A DNA stretch of 59,500 nucleotides, the filler included. It is 4 parts of 4 records of this genome, joined end to end, with 100 filler letters (N's around TTAATTAATTAA, not from the genome) between each part and the next. Parts side by side here need not be neighbours in the genome. Positions count along the whole stretch, not along the records: positions 1 to 15,382 come from SRR31156797_1111; positions 15,483 to 34,126 come from SRR31156797_1142; 2 more parts are not named here. One strand, 5' to 3'. Within the stretch, counting starts at the first letter, position 1, and each line of letters opens with the position of its first letter. The translations under genes were made by a program, and so were the position numbers. The notes beneath the pieces were generated by a model. That model was not told the DNA's origin. It did no database searches and was given only the letters and a program-made list of their open reading frames with translations. Below are positions 9,764 through 20,278 of this stretch, in pieces.

Positions 9764-11293
9764 CTATTTTCTTATAACATCATAAATATCAGTTCTTCTA
9801 TCTTTTAGGTTGTTTACACTTCCAATATTATGAAGTTCATTTAAAAGTTCTAAATCCACATCTGCTATTAAAATCATCTCTGTATTGGGTGTAGATTCTG
9901 CTTTTATTCCATTTGCAGGAAAAGCAAAATCACAAGGAGTAAATACAGCCGATTGTGCATATTGAATATCCATATTAGCAACTTTTGGAAGATTTCCTAC
10001 ACATCCAGCTATTGCTACATAACACTCATTTTCAACTGCTCTAGCTTGGGCACAAATCCTAACTCTTGAGTACCCATTTTGAGTATCAGTTAAAAATGGT
10101 ACAAATAAGATATTCATACCATCTTTTGCAAGTATTCTACTAAGTTCTGGAAACTCTGAATCATAACAAATTAAAACACCAATTTTTCCACAATCTGTAT
10201 CAAAAGTTCTTAATTCATTTGAGCCTTTTAGTCCCCAAACTTTCTCTTCATCTGGAGTTACATGTATTTTTGAATACTTCTCAACGGTACCATCTCTTTT
10301 ACATAAAAATCCAACATTGTATAAAACCCCATCTACAAGTTGAGGCATACTTCCTGTGATAATATTTATATTATAAGAGATTGCAAGTTTTGAAAACTCC
10401 TCTTCAAACTGAGGTGTATATTTTGCAAGTTCTCTAATTGCATCTGCTTCACTCAAATGGTTATATTTTGCCATAAGTGGCGCATTGAAAAACTCAGGAA
10501 ATAGAGCAAAATCACTTCTATATGAAGAGATAGAATTTACAAAGTATTCAGCTTGTTCTAAAACCTCTTCTATGTTGTTATATGGTCTTACTTGCCATTG
10601 GATAAGTCCAAGTCTTATAACTCTTTTTTCAGACATTGGCTCTTTTGTAGGTTTCGAATAGTAGATATTATCCCATCTTAAAAGACAAGCATAATCTTTA
10701 CTATGAATATCCCCTTCAAGATAGTTTTTAATAACTCTTTTTACATAAAAATCGTTTGATAATTGAAAGTTTAATACAGGGTCATAAATCTCTCTAGATT
10801 TTACTTTTTGGATATACTCTTTTGGTGAGATTTTATCTGCATATTTTGAATAATTTGGGATTCTTCCACCAAAAATGATACCTTTTAAATTTTTCTCTTC
10901 ACAAAGTTCTTTTCTAAACTCATAAAGTCTTCTTCCAAGTCTTAAACCTCTATATTTTTTATTTATAAATATATCTACACCATAAAGTAAATTTCCCTTG
11001 TCATCATGAGTATCAAAAGAGTAGTTTCCAGTAATCTCTTTATAACTGTGAGTATCATCAAACTTATTATAATCAACAATAATACTCAAAGCAAAACCTG
11101 CTAGTTCATCGTTTATTTTAATTCCAGCTTGCCCATCAGGAAACTTTTCGATAAGAGAATAAAACTCTTCTTGTGTCCAAACTGAATCATCAAGATATCG
11201 ATATTCATCTTCCATAAGTTTTACAATATCTTCATGGTCTTCTTTTTTTAAATATACTAATTCTATTTTATCTATTGGTTCTTGTTCATTCAT
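9764..11293 (-). CDS. Bifunctional GNAT acetyltransferase / carbon-nitrogen hydrolase
   Basis: N-terminal YRGLRLGRRL; C-terminal FPE, K.H and ICYD.EFPE nitrilase triad. Confidence 0.92.
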   Translation of the reverse strand: MNEQEPIDKIELVYLKKEDHEDIVKLMEDEYRYLDDSVWTQEEFYSLIEKFPDGQAGIKINDELAGFALSIIVDYNKFDDTHSYKEITGNYSFDTHDDKGNLLYGVDIFINKKYRGLRLGRRLYEFRKELCEEKNLKGIIFGGRIPNYSKYADKISPKEYIQKVKSREIYDPVLNFQLSNDFYVKRVIKNYLEGDIHSKDYACLLRWDNIYYSKPTKEPMSEKRVIRLGLIQWQVRPYNNIEEVLEQAEYFVNSISSYRSDFALFPEFFNAPLMAKYNHLSEADAIRELAKYTPQFEEEFSKLAISYNINIITGSMPQLVDGVLYNVGFLCKRDGTVEKYSKIHVTPDEEKVWGLKGSNELRTFDTDCGKIGVLICYDSEFPELSRILAKDGMNILFVPFLTDTQNGYSRVRICAQARAVENECYVAIAGCVGNLPKVANMDIQYAQSAVFTPCDFAFPANGIKAESTPNTEMILIADVDLELLNELHNIGSVNNLKDRRTDIYDVIRK

Positions 11294-11365
11294 AAAAAAT
11301 ATCCTTTTAAAGTGACATCATAAAAGCTATTGTATCTCTTATTTTATAAATATACTATTGAATAT

Positions 11366-11761
11366 CTAAATTTGAGAATATGCAGTTAAAAAAGCTTGTT
11401 CTTGATACTTTTTTAACTCATTTGGGAAAATAATCTCATTTTTTTTCTCAAATGAGCTTATTGCTTGAGATGAGATAAGTTCAACTTCACAAAGTGGATT
11501 TAACTGTATTAAGGCTTCCATCTTAAAAGTTATTGCACCACCTGCAAAGTTTCCTTTTTTTGCTCTTTTTTTAATCATTACTTTATCCACACTATTTTCT
11601 TCTAAAAAAACTAAGAATTGATTACAAAACTCTCTTATATTTTCTTGCTTTTCATCATCTTCTAATATAATCTTCTTCTTTTTTAAATCTATATAGTTTC
11701 CATCATTTATCAAAGTTAATATTAATTGATTGCTTTTTAATTCAATTCCACATATATTCAC
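11366..11761 (-). CDS. DUF3010 family protein
   Basis: ICGIELK and KGNFAGGA.TFK.E.LIQ motifs. Confidence 0.75.
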   Translation of the reverse strand: MNICGIELKSNQLILTLINDGNYIDLKKKKIILEDDEKQENIREFCNQFLVFLEENSVDKVMIKKRAKKGNFAGGAITFKMEALIQLNPLCEVELISSQAISSFEKKNEIIFPNELKKYQEQAFLTAYSQI

Positions 11762-11842
11762 TATACTTTCCTTTTTAATATTTAAGAAAGTATAGTTAAA
11801 AATAAAATTTTTATTTGATTTGATTACAAAATGTAAGAGTTT

Positions 11843-13657
11843 TTATTTTTCATAAGGTAGCGATATTTTAAAAGAGGCTCCCTTATACTCTTTATCACCA
11901 TAAACAATAGTTGTATTTTCTACTTCAAGTTTCCCATCCATATGTTTTTCTATCATCTCTTTTGACATATATAAACCTATACCTGTACCATTTGAGTTAT
12001 GTTTTGTTGTAAAATATGGTTCAAATATTCTGTTTATAACATCTTGTTGTATTCCTCCACCATTATCTTTTACACTAAATACTGCATAATCATTCTCTTT
12101 GTAAATATTAATAAAAATTGCTCTACTCGAAGTTGACTTTTCTATTAAAATATCTTTTGCATTGTTTAAAAGGTTTATTACTACTTGTATAAACTCATTT
12201 TCATAACCAAATGTTTTTACATCATCAATATCTTCTATAAGTTTGATACCCAAAAGGTCAAATTTTCTACTTAAAAGATTTAAACTTTTTGTATATGATT
12301 TTTTCAAATTAAATATTTCTTTATTTTTATTTGGTTTAAAATAGTTTCTAAAATCATCTATAGTTTGGGATAAATACTTTACAGTATCACCAATTTTTTC
12401 TAAATCATGCTCCTCTTCCTCTTTTGTGATTGGAATATCCATCGATTTTCTTAACAATAAAGCACTTGAGGTTGTAGATATGATAGATAAAGGCTGTCTC
12501 CATTGATGTGCTATATTTTCTAGCATTTCGCCCATTGCAGCCATTTTTGATTGTTGTACAAGAAGATGCTCTTTTTCTTTTAATTGTGCTTCTGCTTTTT
12601 TCTGAGGAGTCATATCCAAAAATGAACTTACATAATACATGATTTTACCATCATTATCCAAAATAGTATAGATAGTTAAAAGCTCATTAACAATACTTCC
12701 ATCTTTATGCTTATTGTTAATCTCCCCCATCCAAAAATTGTATTTGTTTAAATTATCATACATGTTATCGTAAAAGCTTTTTCCATGCATGCCAGATTTC
12801 AGAATATTTGGGGTTTTTCCCAAAACTTCCCCCATACTATAACCTGTAATTTTAGTAAATGCTTTGTTTACACGCAGTATATTTAAGTTTTTGTCTGCAA
12901 TCACCATCCCACTTTGAGTTTCAAAAGCAACTGATGCGATTTTTAACTGTTCATGGGCTTTTTCTATTCTATCGAGCATGGTATTAACTTCTTTATAAAG
13001 TCTTCCAAACTCGTTATCTTCGCTTGTTTCTATTCTTTTTACAGAATCAATAAAATAGATTTTTTCTAAAAAAGAGACTAGTTTTAGTATTGGATTTGTG
13101 AACTTTTTTGCAAAATATGTAGCAAGAAGATAAGAAAATATTAACATAGCAAAAACTAGTAAAACTAAAGATAAAAAGTCTTTTTTTAGTAAATCAAAAA
13201 CAGTATAAACTTTAAAATTAAACTCAATCACTCCTAAGTTTCTATTTTCATATAAAGCATCTACATAAAGTTTTAATTCACTATTTTCAATACTTGAAAC
13301 TCTTTTTTCTTTTGGTGGTAAATTTTCAACTTTAAAACTTTTTTGGGATTTACTATATTGTAAAATTGCTTTTCCATTTAATCTATACAAAACAACAGAG
13401 TTTATATTTGAAAAAGACTCAAGTTTTGTAGTTATGTCAGCAGCTGAAGACATATTGTTTAACAAAATCAGTTTTGCTACATCTTGTCCTAAAACAAGAG
13501 CAATGGACTCAGATAAATTTAGTTTTTCTTTATATTGATTTGCCATATACCAGTATATGAAACTTCCATAACCTATTACACCAGTGATTATTGTGACAAG
13601 CATAATAATCTTTGTTAATCTTTTTTTTATTGAGCCTTTATAATTCAAACTAAGCAA
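11843..13657 (-). CDS. HAMP-PAS sensor histidine kinase
   Basis: 2 TM, HAMP, PAS, IAHQWRQPL H-box, N, DNGGG and GTGIGL boxes. Confidence 0.93.
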   Translation of the reverse strand: MLSLNYKGSIKKRLTKIIMLVTIITGVIGYGSFIYWYMANQYKEKLNLSESIALVLGQDVAKLILLNNMSSAADITTKLESFSNINSVVLYRLNGKAILQYSKSQKSFKVENLPPKEKRVSSIENSELKLYVDALYENRNLGVIEFNFKVYTVFDLLKKDFLSLVLLVFAMLIFSYLLATYFAKKFTNPILKLVSFLEKIYFIDSVKRIETSEDNEFGRLYKEVNTMLDRIEKAHEQLKIASVAFETQSGMVIADKNLNILRVNKAFTKITGYSMGEVLGKTPNILKSGMHGKSFYDNMYDNLNKYNFWMGEINNKHKDGSIVNELLTIYTILDNDGKIMYYVSSFLDMTPQKKAEAQLKEKEHLLVQQSKMAAMGEMLENIAHQWRQPLSIISTTSSALLLRKSMDIPITKEEEEHDLEKIGDTVKYLSQTIDDFRNYFKPNKNKEIFNLKKSYTKSLNLLSRKFDLLGIKLIEDIDDVKTFGYENEFIQVVINLLNNAKDILIEKSTSSRAIFINIYKENDYAVFSVKDNGGGIQQDVINRIFEPYFTTKHNSNGTGIGLYMSKEMIEKHMDGKLEVENTTIVYGDKEYKGASFKISLPYEK

Positions 13658-13661
13658 CCTA

Positions 13662-14534
13662 TTATTTTAAAGATGGATTTTCTATTGGAACTTCAAGATC
13701 ATTTCCCCACTCAAACCATGATCCGTCATAAACAGAAGCCTTATAACCTAACTCTTGCAGTACAATAAAGTTTAAAGCAGCCTCAGCTCCTCCATCACAG
13801 TAAAGAACTACCTCTTTGTCTTTTGGGATATCTTTGTAAATCTTTTTTAATTGATTGATATCTTTCATTTTATTTCCATCATCTGTAACTTGATAGTTTT
13901 GAGTACATTCATAATTTTTTGCGGTAGGTATATGTCCATATCTTATTGCATTTGATTTTTTTCCAATATAATGGGCATTTTGTCTTCCATCTATAATTGT
14001 TTTTTCACCTATGGATAAATATGTACTTAGTTTTGTTTCAATTTTTTCATTTGCAATTCTAGGCACAAACTCTTTTCTTTTTGGTTTAAAAATTACTGTT
14101 GAAATTGGAAGTTCCTCTTCAACTTTTTTTCCATAAGAATATTTTAAAATTGATACTTTATCATGACCTAATGCTTGTAATATCCAATAAAATCTAGCAG
14201 CCCAAACAAAATCTCCATTATCATAAGCAACAACCATAGTATCACTGTTGATACCAGCATCACTTATTAGCTCTTTTAAATAATTAAGTCTAGGCATCAT
14301 AAAATTTTCGTCAAACAAAGATGCAAGACCAGGAATATTCACTGCAAATCTTATGTGTCCTTTTAAAAACTCATCTTCTCTTCTTAAGTCAATAATGCGA
14401 AGATTAGGGTCTTCAAAATTTTTTTTCAACCAATTAACTGAGACAATTGCAGGCATTTTATTATTATTTAAGTTTGTAGAAAATAAAGATATTGAAAAGA
14501 ATAAAGAAATAATTATAAAATATCTAATCTTCAT
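13662..14534 (-). CDS. Exported tandem-domain rhodanese/sulfurtransferase
   Basis: Signal peptide, two GHI motifs, YCDGG active site, YDGSW.EW. Confidence 0.9.
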   Translation of the reverse strand: MKIRYFIIISLFFSISLFSTNLNNNKMPAIVSVNWLKKNFEDPNLRIIDLRREDEFLKGHIRFAVNIPGLASLFDENFMMPRLNYLKELISDAGINSDTMVVAYDNGDFVWAARFYWILQALGHDKVSILKYSYGKKVEEELPISTVIFKPKRKEFVPRIANEKIETKLSTYLSIGEKTIIDGRQNAHYIGKKSNAIRYGHIPTAKNYECTQNYQVTDDGNKMKDINQLKKIYKDIPKDKEVVLYCDGGAEAALNFIVLQELGYKASVYDGSWFEWGNDLEVPIENPSLK

Positions 14535-14655
14535 ATGTAACCTTTATTGAGATTACTTCATTTTAACATAAAAAAGGTTTAAAGAATAATAAAAATGTAA
14601 AAAAATCTTATTTTATTATTAAATTGTTTTTGACTAATATATTAAAAATTTCTAA

Positions 14656-15174
14656 TTATTTTATCATTCGTTTTCGAATCACTCTTTCAATCTCTTTTTT
14701 TATAAGAACTGAAGATCTAGTACTAACATTTGTATTTGGGATAGAACCAACAACCTTATTGCACTTATCACAAATAAAATTCATTTTTCCAACTTTTATA
14801 TTATCTCTGCTTGAAGTAACAGTATCATAATACAAATCTTCACCACAAGTTGGACAAGTACACTCAAGATTAACAATTTTGTCTTTTGACCAAGACCAAT
14901 TCCATTTTATGTCATAAATTACATCTTCTTTATAATCAGATCTATTTTTTCGGATAAGATAAATTATAAGATATACAACAAAAGGTGATAAAACAATAGA
15001 AATTTGAGCCCAAAGTGGATATATATCAATATTTGTTTTATAAAAATTTATTGTTTTTTCTTCAAGTAAAGTTATATTATTAAAAAGCTCATAAGATAAA
15101 TACACTAATAATCCAAATAAAATTGTATTAATAATTATCTTTGCTTCATAAGATAACAATCTTTTTTTTCTCAT
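14656..15174 (-). CDS. Hypothetical 2-TM protein with Zn-ribbon
   Basis: Two hydrophobic helices, CPTC...CDKC. Confidence 0.6.
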   Translation of the reverse strand: MRKKRLLSYEAKIIINTILFGLLVYLSYELFNNITLLEEKTINFYKTNIDIYPLWAQISIVLSPFVVYLIIYLIRKNRSDYKEDVIYDIKWNWSWSKDKIVNLECTCPTCGEDLYYDTVTSSRDNIKVGKMNFICDKCNKVVGSIPNTNVSTRSSVLIKKEIERVIRKRMIK

Positions 15175-15211
15175 AAAGTCTCCGAATATAAAAATAAAAT
15201 AAGGGAAAAAT

Positions 15212-15235
15212 AAAAAAGGGCTTTTGCCCTTTTTT
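15212..15235 (-). terminator. Rho-independent terminator after gyrB
   Basis: AAAAAAGGGC-TTTT-GCCCTTTTTT. Confidence 0.7.
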
Positions 15236-15382
15236 ATACGTCTAAGTGTTCAACGTCTTTTGCGTGGTCTTCAATATAGTTTCTTCTTGGTTCTACTTCA
15301 TCACCCATAAATAGTGTAAATGTATCACTTGCAACTTCAGCATCTTCTATATTTACTCTTAATAGTCTTCTATCTTCAGGAG
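15234..15382 (-). CDS. gyrB: DNA gyrase subunit B, C-terminal fragment
   Basis: Manual translation PEDRRLLRVNIEDAEVASDTFTLFMGDEVEPRRNYIEDHAKDVEHLDV*. Confidence 0.93.
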
Positions 15383-15482
15383 NNNNNNNNNNNNNNNNNN
15401 NNNNNNNNNNNNNNNNNNNNNNNNNNTTAATTAATTAANNNNNNNNNNNNNNNNNNNNNNNNNNNNNNNNNNNNNNNNNNNN
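15383..15482. other. Artificial contig linker
   Basis: N44-TTAATTAATTAA-N44. Confidence 0.98.
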
Positions 15483-15483
15483 T

Positions 15484-15726
15484 CCATCAGCTATCGGTTA
15501 TGTATCATTCACATATCTAGACGACACAATCAAAGACGTAACAGTTGATGGTGGTGAAGCTACAGTTGAAGCAGTTTTAGATGGTTCATACCCAGTATCA
15601 AGACCTTTCAACATGGTATGGCACGAAGATGCTCTTTCAGATGCTGCTAAAGCATTCATCGAGTTCACAAAGAGTGATATAGCTAAGGAAATCATTGCTG
15701 AAAAGGGCGGTATTCCTATAAGCTAA
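15484..15726 (+). CDS. pstS: Phosphate-binding protein PstS, C-terminal fragment
   Basis: AIGYVS...DGSYPVSRPF; precedes pstC. Confidence 0.88.
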   Translation, partial: PSAIGYVSFTYLDDTIKDVTVDGGEATVEAVLDGSYPVSRPFNMVWHEDALSDAAKAFIEFTKSDIAKEIIAEKGGIPIS

Positions 15727-15751
15727 TTATTCTTAATAATTTTAGCAATTA

Positions 15752-15787
15752 ATATATGCAGGCAGGCACATCCTGCTTGCATATTAT
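15752..15787 (+). terminator. Hairpin after pstS
   Basis: TATGCAGGCAGG-CACAT-CCTGCTTGCATA. Confidence 0.55.
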
Positions 15788-15959
15788 TGTATTAGGGAGA
15801 GTAATTTAAATAAATATTAATTACAATAAATAATCAAAGTAACTTTATGATGATTTTTGGGGAGTTGTTTTTTTGATTATTTTAAGTGATATATAGAATA
15901 TTGCAGATAAGAAATTCCTATAGTGCCATATCTGCAAATGTGAAAGAAAAGGTGTAAAA

Positions 15960-16856
15960 ATGAGAAAGAAAAGATTACACGAACCTGTGATAGAACTAAT
16001 ATTTAGAATATCATCAGTAATTACAATTCTTGCAGTTATACTGATTGTTGTTTTTATATTAGAAAAGGGTTCACAGCCATTTCTGGCAGGGAATAAGGAA
16101 GGTACATATTCATTTGTTAAGTTTATTACTGGCTTAGAATGGAGACCTAATGATGATTTATCAAAAACTAAATTTGGTATAGGCTACATGATAGTTGCTT
16201 CACTGTTATCAACAAGCGGAGCAATAATATTGGGTGTACCAATTAGCATATTTACTGCAGCTTATTTATCTGAGCTGGCAAACGAGAAAATCAAAAAGGC
16301 AGTTAAGGCAGGAGTATTGTTACTTGCAGGTATACCATCTGTTATTTATGGTGTATTCGGCTTAGGCCTGCTTGTACCTTGGATTAGAAGTTTTTCTCCG
16401 CAGCCGCAGGGACAGTCGCTGTTGGCAACCATTATTGTTCTTACTATGATGATACTGCCTACAATGATTTCACTGTCAGAGAACGCTATTTCATCTGTAC
16501 CAAAAGACTACAGAAATGCATCATATGCATTAGGAGCATCAAAAGTATATACGACTATACATGTTGTAATACCTGCAGCTAGAAGAGGTATTTTAGTTGG
16601 TGTCATACTTGGTGTTGGACGTGCTATTGGCGAGACAATGGCTGTTATCCTAGTTTGCGGTAATGTATTAGGTGGATTACCAGACTCAATCTTTGATAAA
16701 ATCAGACCTATGACAACAAATGTTGTTTTGGAAATGAGTTATGCAGTAGGTATTCACCAGGAAATGCTATTTGCAACAGGTGGTATATTGATGTTGTTTA
16801 TTGTCGGAATCAACATCCTGCTTAGCGTAATGGTAAAGAAAATGGGTCAATACTAA
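15960..16856 (+). CDS. pstC: Phosphate ABC permease PstC
   Basis: LAGIPSVIYG, GRAIGETMA. Confidence 0.95.
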   Translation: MRKKRLHEPVIELIFRISSVITILAVILIVVFILEKGSQPFLAGNKEGTYSFVKFITGLEWRPNDDLSKTKFGIGYMIVASLLSTSGAIILGVPISIFTAAYLSELANEKIKKAVKAGVLLLAGIPSVIYGVFGLGLLVPWIRSFSPQPQGQSLLATIIVLTMMILPTMISLSENAISSVPKDYRNASYALGASKVYTTIHVVIPAARRGILVGVILGVGRAIGETMAVILVCGNVLGGLPDSIFDKIRPMTTNVVLEMSYAVGIHQEMLFATGGILMLFIVGINILLSVMVKKMGQY

Positions 16857-16892
16857 ATAATAAAATTATTTAGCAACCCAAATCGATATAAT

Positions 16893-18008
16893 ATGAAATG
16901 GTATAAATTTATGAAAGCAAAAACACAAGATAAAGTATTTTACTCAATAATGCTTTTTTGCTCAATTCTTGTTATAGGACTGCTGCTACTGATATTAGGC
17001 TATGTAGGATATAAAGGTATCGGATTAATAGACAGACAGTTTATAACAGGTGAATTTGACGCAAAAACAGTATATGTAGATATTGAGGATGCAGAGAATC
17101 TGGGATTAGAGGTCGATGTAGTAACTTATGATACTAAGGATTATATTGAAATAACTTCTATCGCATCTGATTCATCATCAAAGGATGCAATTAGTAATGA
17201 TGAAGAATGGTCATTGAAAAAGGGTGATATTATTCGTCGTATTGACTCAACAAACACACTTGATATGACTGTTGAGCAGTATAATTTGATTGCAAAGAAT
17301 TTGAAGGGAAGTGTACGACTAAAGATTACACGACCAGGTGAGGGTATATTCCCATTGATAATCAACACTTTGATAATGATTGGATTATCATTATTATTCT
17401 CAATGCCTGTATCAATATTCAGTGCGATATTCCTAGCAGAGTATTCAAAGGATGGTTTATTCATCAGAGTAATACGTTTTACAACAAGTTGCCTAGCAGG
17501 TATTCCTTCAATTGTTTTCGGTTTGTTCGGTATGCTGGTATTTGTAACAACACTACATATGGGCTTCTCACTATTAGCAGGTTCGCTGACACTCTCAATT
17601 GTATTGCTACCGACTATTATTACACAAACAGAGGAAGCAATAAAGCGGGTTCCTCGTACATTTAAGGAAGGTTCCCTAGCACTTGGAGCAACTAAGCTTC
17701 AAACAATATTTAAGGTAATACTGCCAAACGCCTTATCTGGTATTACGGTTGGTGTACTTTTGTCAATCGGTAGAATCGTTGCTGAATCAGCGGCGTTGGT
17801 GCTGACTGCTGGTACGGTTGCGGCTATTCCAGAGAGTGTATTCGGATCAGCGTCTACACTTACAGTTAAGGCATACACAGTTGCAAAAGAAACAGGTGAT
17901 ATCAGGCTTGCATGTGCAATGGGTGTAGTAACAATTTTACTGATAATAATAGTTAACTCATTAGTCAAGATAACAGAACGTTTTGACAAAATGAGGGATT
18001 TTAAATAA
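16893..18008 (+). CDS. pstA: Phosphate ABC permease PstA with inserted PDZ-like domain
   Basis: LAGIPSIVFGLFG, EGSLALGAT, RIVAESA; about 90-aa soluble insert after TM1. Confidence 0.93.
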   Translation: MKWYKFMKAKTQDKVFYSIMLFCSILVIGLLLLILGYVGYKGIGLIDRQFITGEFDAKTVYVDIEDAENLGLEVDVVTYDTKDYIEITSIASDSSSKDAISNDEEWSLKKGDIIRRIDSTNTLDMTVEQYNLIAKNLKGSVRLKITRPGEGIFPLIINTLIMIGLSLLFSMPVSIFSAIFLAEYSKDGLFIRVIRFTTSCLAGIPSIVFGLFGMLVFVTTLHMGFSLLAGSLTLSIVLLPTIITQTEEAIKRVPRTFKEGSLALGATKLQTIFKVILPNALSGITVGVLLSIGRIVAESAALVLTAGTVAAIPESVFGSASTLTVKAYTVAKETGDIRLACAMGVVTILLIIIVNSLVKITERFDKMRDFK

Positions 18009-18036
18009 GTTTACTTGATGGTGAAAGGAAATTATC

Positions 18037-18807
18037 ATGGAAAATAAAATAGCAAAGCCTAAAATTCAAATAAAAGATTTAGACTTTTATTACGGAGATT
18101 TTAAGGCACTAAAGAATATCAACCTAGACATAATGGAAAAGGAAGTCATGGCATTTATTGGACCATCAGGTTGTGGTAAATCTACACTTTTACGTACTTT
18201 AAACAGAATTAACGACCTTATTAATGAAGCAAGAGTTGATGGAGAAGTATATTTGGATGGTGAGAACATCTACGAAGATGGATATGATATTATTGGTCTA
18301 AGAACAAAAGTAGGAATGGTATTCCAAAAGCCAAATCCATTCCCAATGAGTATTTATGACAATATTTCATACGGACCAAGGTTAAATGGTATACGAAATA
18401 AGTCTCAGCTGGATGAAATTGTTGAAACTAGCCTGAAGCAAGGAGCTCTTTGGAAGGAAGTAAAAGACATCCTGAATAGAAATGCACTTAGTTTATCAGG
18501 TGGTCAGCAGCAAAGACTTTGTATCTCTAGAGCATTGTCAGTAAACCCAGAGATATTGCTGATGGACGAGCCTACATCTGCTCTGGACCCAATTTCTACA
18601 CTGAAGATTGAGGACCTTATTGCTGAATTGAAAGAGCAATACACAATCGCTATAGTTACACACAACATGCAGCAGGGTGCTCGTGTTTCTGATAAAACTG
18701 CATTCTTCCTACTTGGAGAAATAATGGAATGCGACGAGACAGATATTATCTTCTCTAATCCATCCAATCCTAAGACAGAAGAATACATTACTGGTAAATA
18801 TAGCTAA
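18037..18807 (+). CDS. pstB: Phosphate ABC ATPase PstB
   Basis: [26 protein letters not shown]. Confidence 0.97.
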   Translation: MENKIAKPKIQIKDLDFYYGDFKALKNINLDIMEKEVMAFIGPSGCGKSTLLRTLNRINDLINEARVDGEVYLDGENIYEDGYDIIGLRTKVGMVFQKPNPFPMSIYDNISYGPRLNGIRNKSQLDEIVETSLKQGALWKEVKDILNRNALSLSGGQQQRLCISRALSVNPEILLMDEPTSALDPISTLKIEDLIAELKEQYTIAIVTHNMQQGARVSDKTAFFLLGEIMECDETDIIFSNPSNPKTEEYITGKYS

Positions 18808-18914
18808 GGTTCTTACAAAACACATGCAATACTAAATAAACTGTAGTATAATTATATATATGCTAATATTTAGTATTTGTAGTTTGATGATGCATAACTA
18901 GAAAGGAATTTATT

Positions 18915-19559
18915 ATGCCAAAAAGAATATTAATGACAGCACAACTAGATGTTATACATAAGTCACTTGCAAAGATGACAGCATTAATATCAAAATCAAT
19001 GAATCAGATGATTATTGCTCTAAAAGAAAAAGACATAGACCTTGCAAATGAAGTTATAGAAGCTGACGAACAAGTTGATGCAATGGAACTAAAGATTGAA
19101 AAGGATTGTATTTTAGTTCTGGCAAGACACCAGCCAATTGCTTCTGATCTAAGAGACGTAACTAGTGTTTTCAGAGTTATTGCTGACCTAGAGCGAATAG
19201 GTGATCAATGTGCAGATATATGCGAGTATATTAAAATGATTGATGAGGAAGAATATATTAAGCCATTAATCGATATTCCACAAATGGCAATGGAATGCGA
19301 AAAGATTATAAATATGTCAATCAGATCTTTTATCAACAAGGACCTAGAACTTGCTAAAGAAGTATTGATGATGGACAATGTAATCGATGAGTATTTCGTT
19401 AATATTCGTGAAGAATTAATTGATATTATGAATGCTGGAAACGAACACGTACGCCAAATAACATACTTGATGTTTATTGTTAAGTATCTGGAAAAGATTG
19501 CTGACCATGCAACAAATATATCTGGTTGGTTGATATATAACGTAACTGGTACTCACTAA
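18915..19559 (+). CDS. phoU: Phosphate signalling protein PhoU
   Basis: QPIASDLR, DLERIGD, LEKIADHATNI. Confidence 0.96.
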   Translation: MPKRILMTAQLDVIHKSLAKMTALISKSMNQMIIALKEKDIDLANEVIEADEQVDAMELKIEKDCILVLARHQPIASDLRDVTSVFRVIADLERIGDQCADICEYIKMIDEEEYIKPLIDIPQMAMECEKIINMSIRSFINKDLELAKEVLMMDNVIDEYFVNIREELIDIMNAGNEHVRQITYLMFIVKYLEKIADHATNISGWLIYNVTGTH

Positions 19560-19579
19560 ATTAATTACAGGAAAAGATT

Positions 19580-20278
19580 ATGAGCAAAATTTTAATTGTA
19601 GACGATGAAGCAAATGTAGCTGAATTAATAAAATATAATTTGGAAATAGCAGGATATGAGACCACTATGGTTCATGATGGCAGAACTGCTGTTGAGACTA
19701 TAAAATCTGAAAAGTTTGATTTGATAGTTCTTGATGTTATGCTGCCAGAGATTGATGGTTTCAGTATTTTACGATATGTTCGCAGCAAAGAAGAGCTCGC
19801 TGATATCCCAATTATCATGCTGACAGCTAAGACATCAGAAAGCGATATAATTCTTGGGCTTGAAATTGGTGCAGATGATTATATAGTTAAGCCGTTCAAG
19901 ATTAATGAGCTCATAGCAAGGATTAAAGTACAGCTAAGGAAGCGTAAGAATGCGCTTGAGACAGCACCGGATATTATTAATCTAGACAATATTGTTATTG
20001 ATAATGACAGCCATACTGTGACAAAGGATCAATTAGTAGTGCCGCTTACAAATAAGGAATATGAGCTGCTCTGCTACTTGGTTACCAGGGTGGGCAAGGT
20101 TTGCACAAGGGATTATATTTTGGCTAATATCTGGGGCTATGAATATATTGGCGGTACAAGAACTGTGGATGTACACATAAGAAGCCTTAGAAAGAAACTC
20201 TTTACTGATGATAATGTAAAATACAAGATAGAAACCATAATCGGAGTGGGGTATAAACTTGAGGAAAGCATTAGTTAG
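19580..20278 (+). CDS. phoP: OmpR-family response regulator (PhoP/PhoB-like)
   Basis: Receiver domain plus winged helix; pho operon context. Confidence 0.85.
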   Translation: MSKILIVDDEANVAELIKYNLEIAGYETTMVHDGRTAVETIKSEKFDLIVLDVMLPEIDGFSILRYVRSKEELADIPIIMLTAKTSESDIILGLEIGADDYIVKPFKINELIARIKVQLRKRKNALETAPDIINLDNIVIDNDSHTVTKDQLVVPLTNKEYELLCYLVTRVGKVCTRDYILANIWGYEYIGGTRTVDVHIRSLRKKLFTDDNVKYKIETIIGVGYKLEESIS

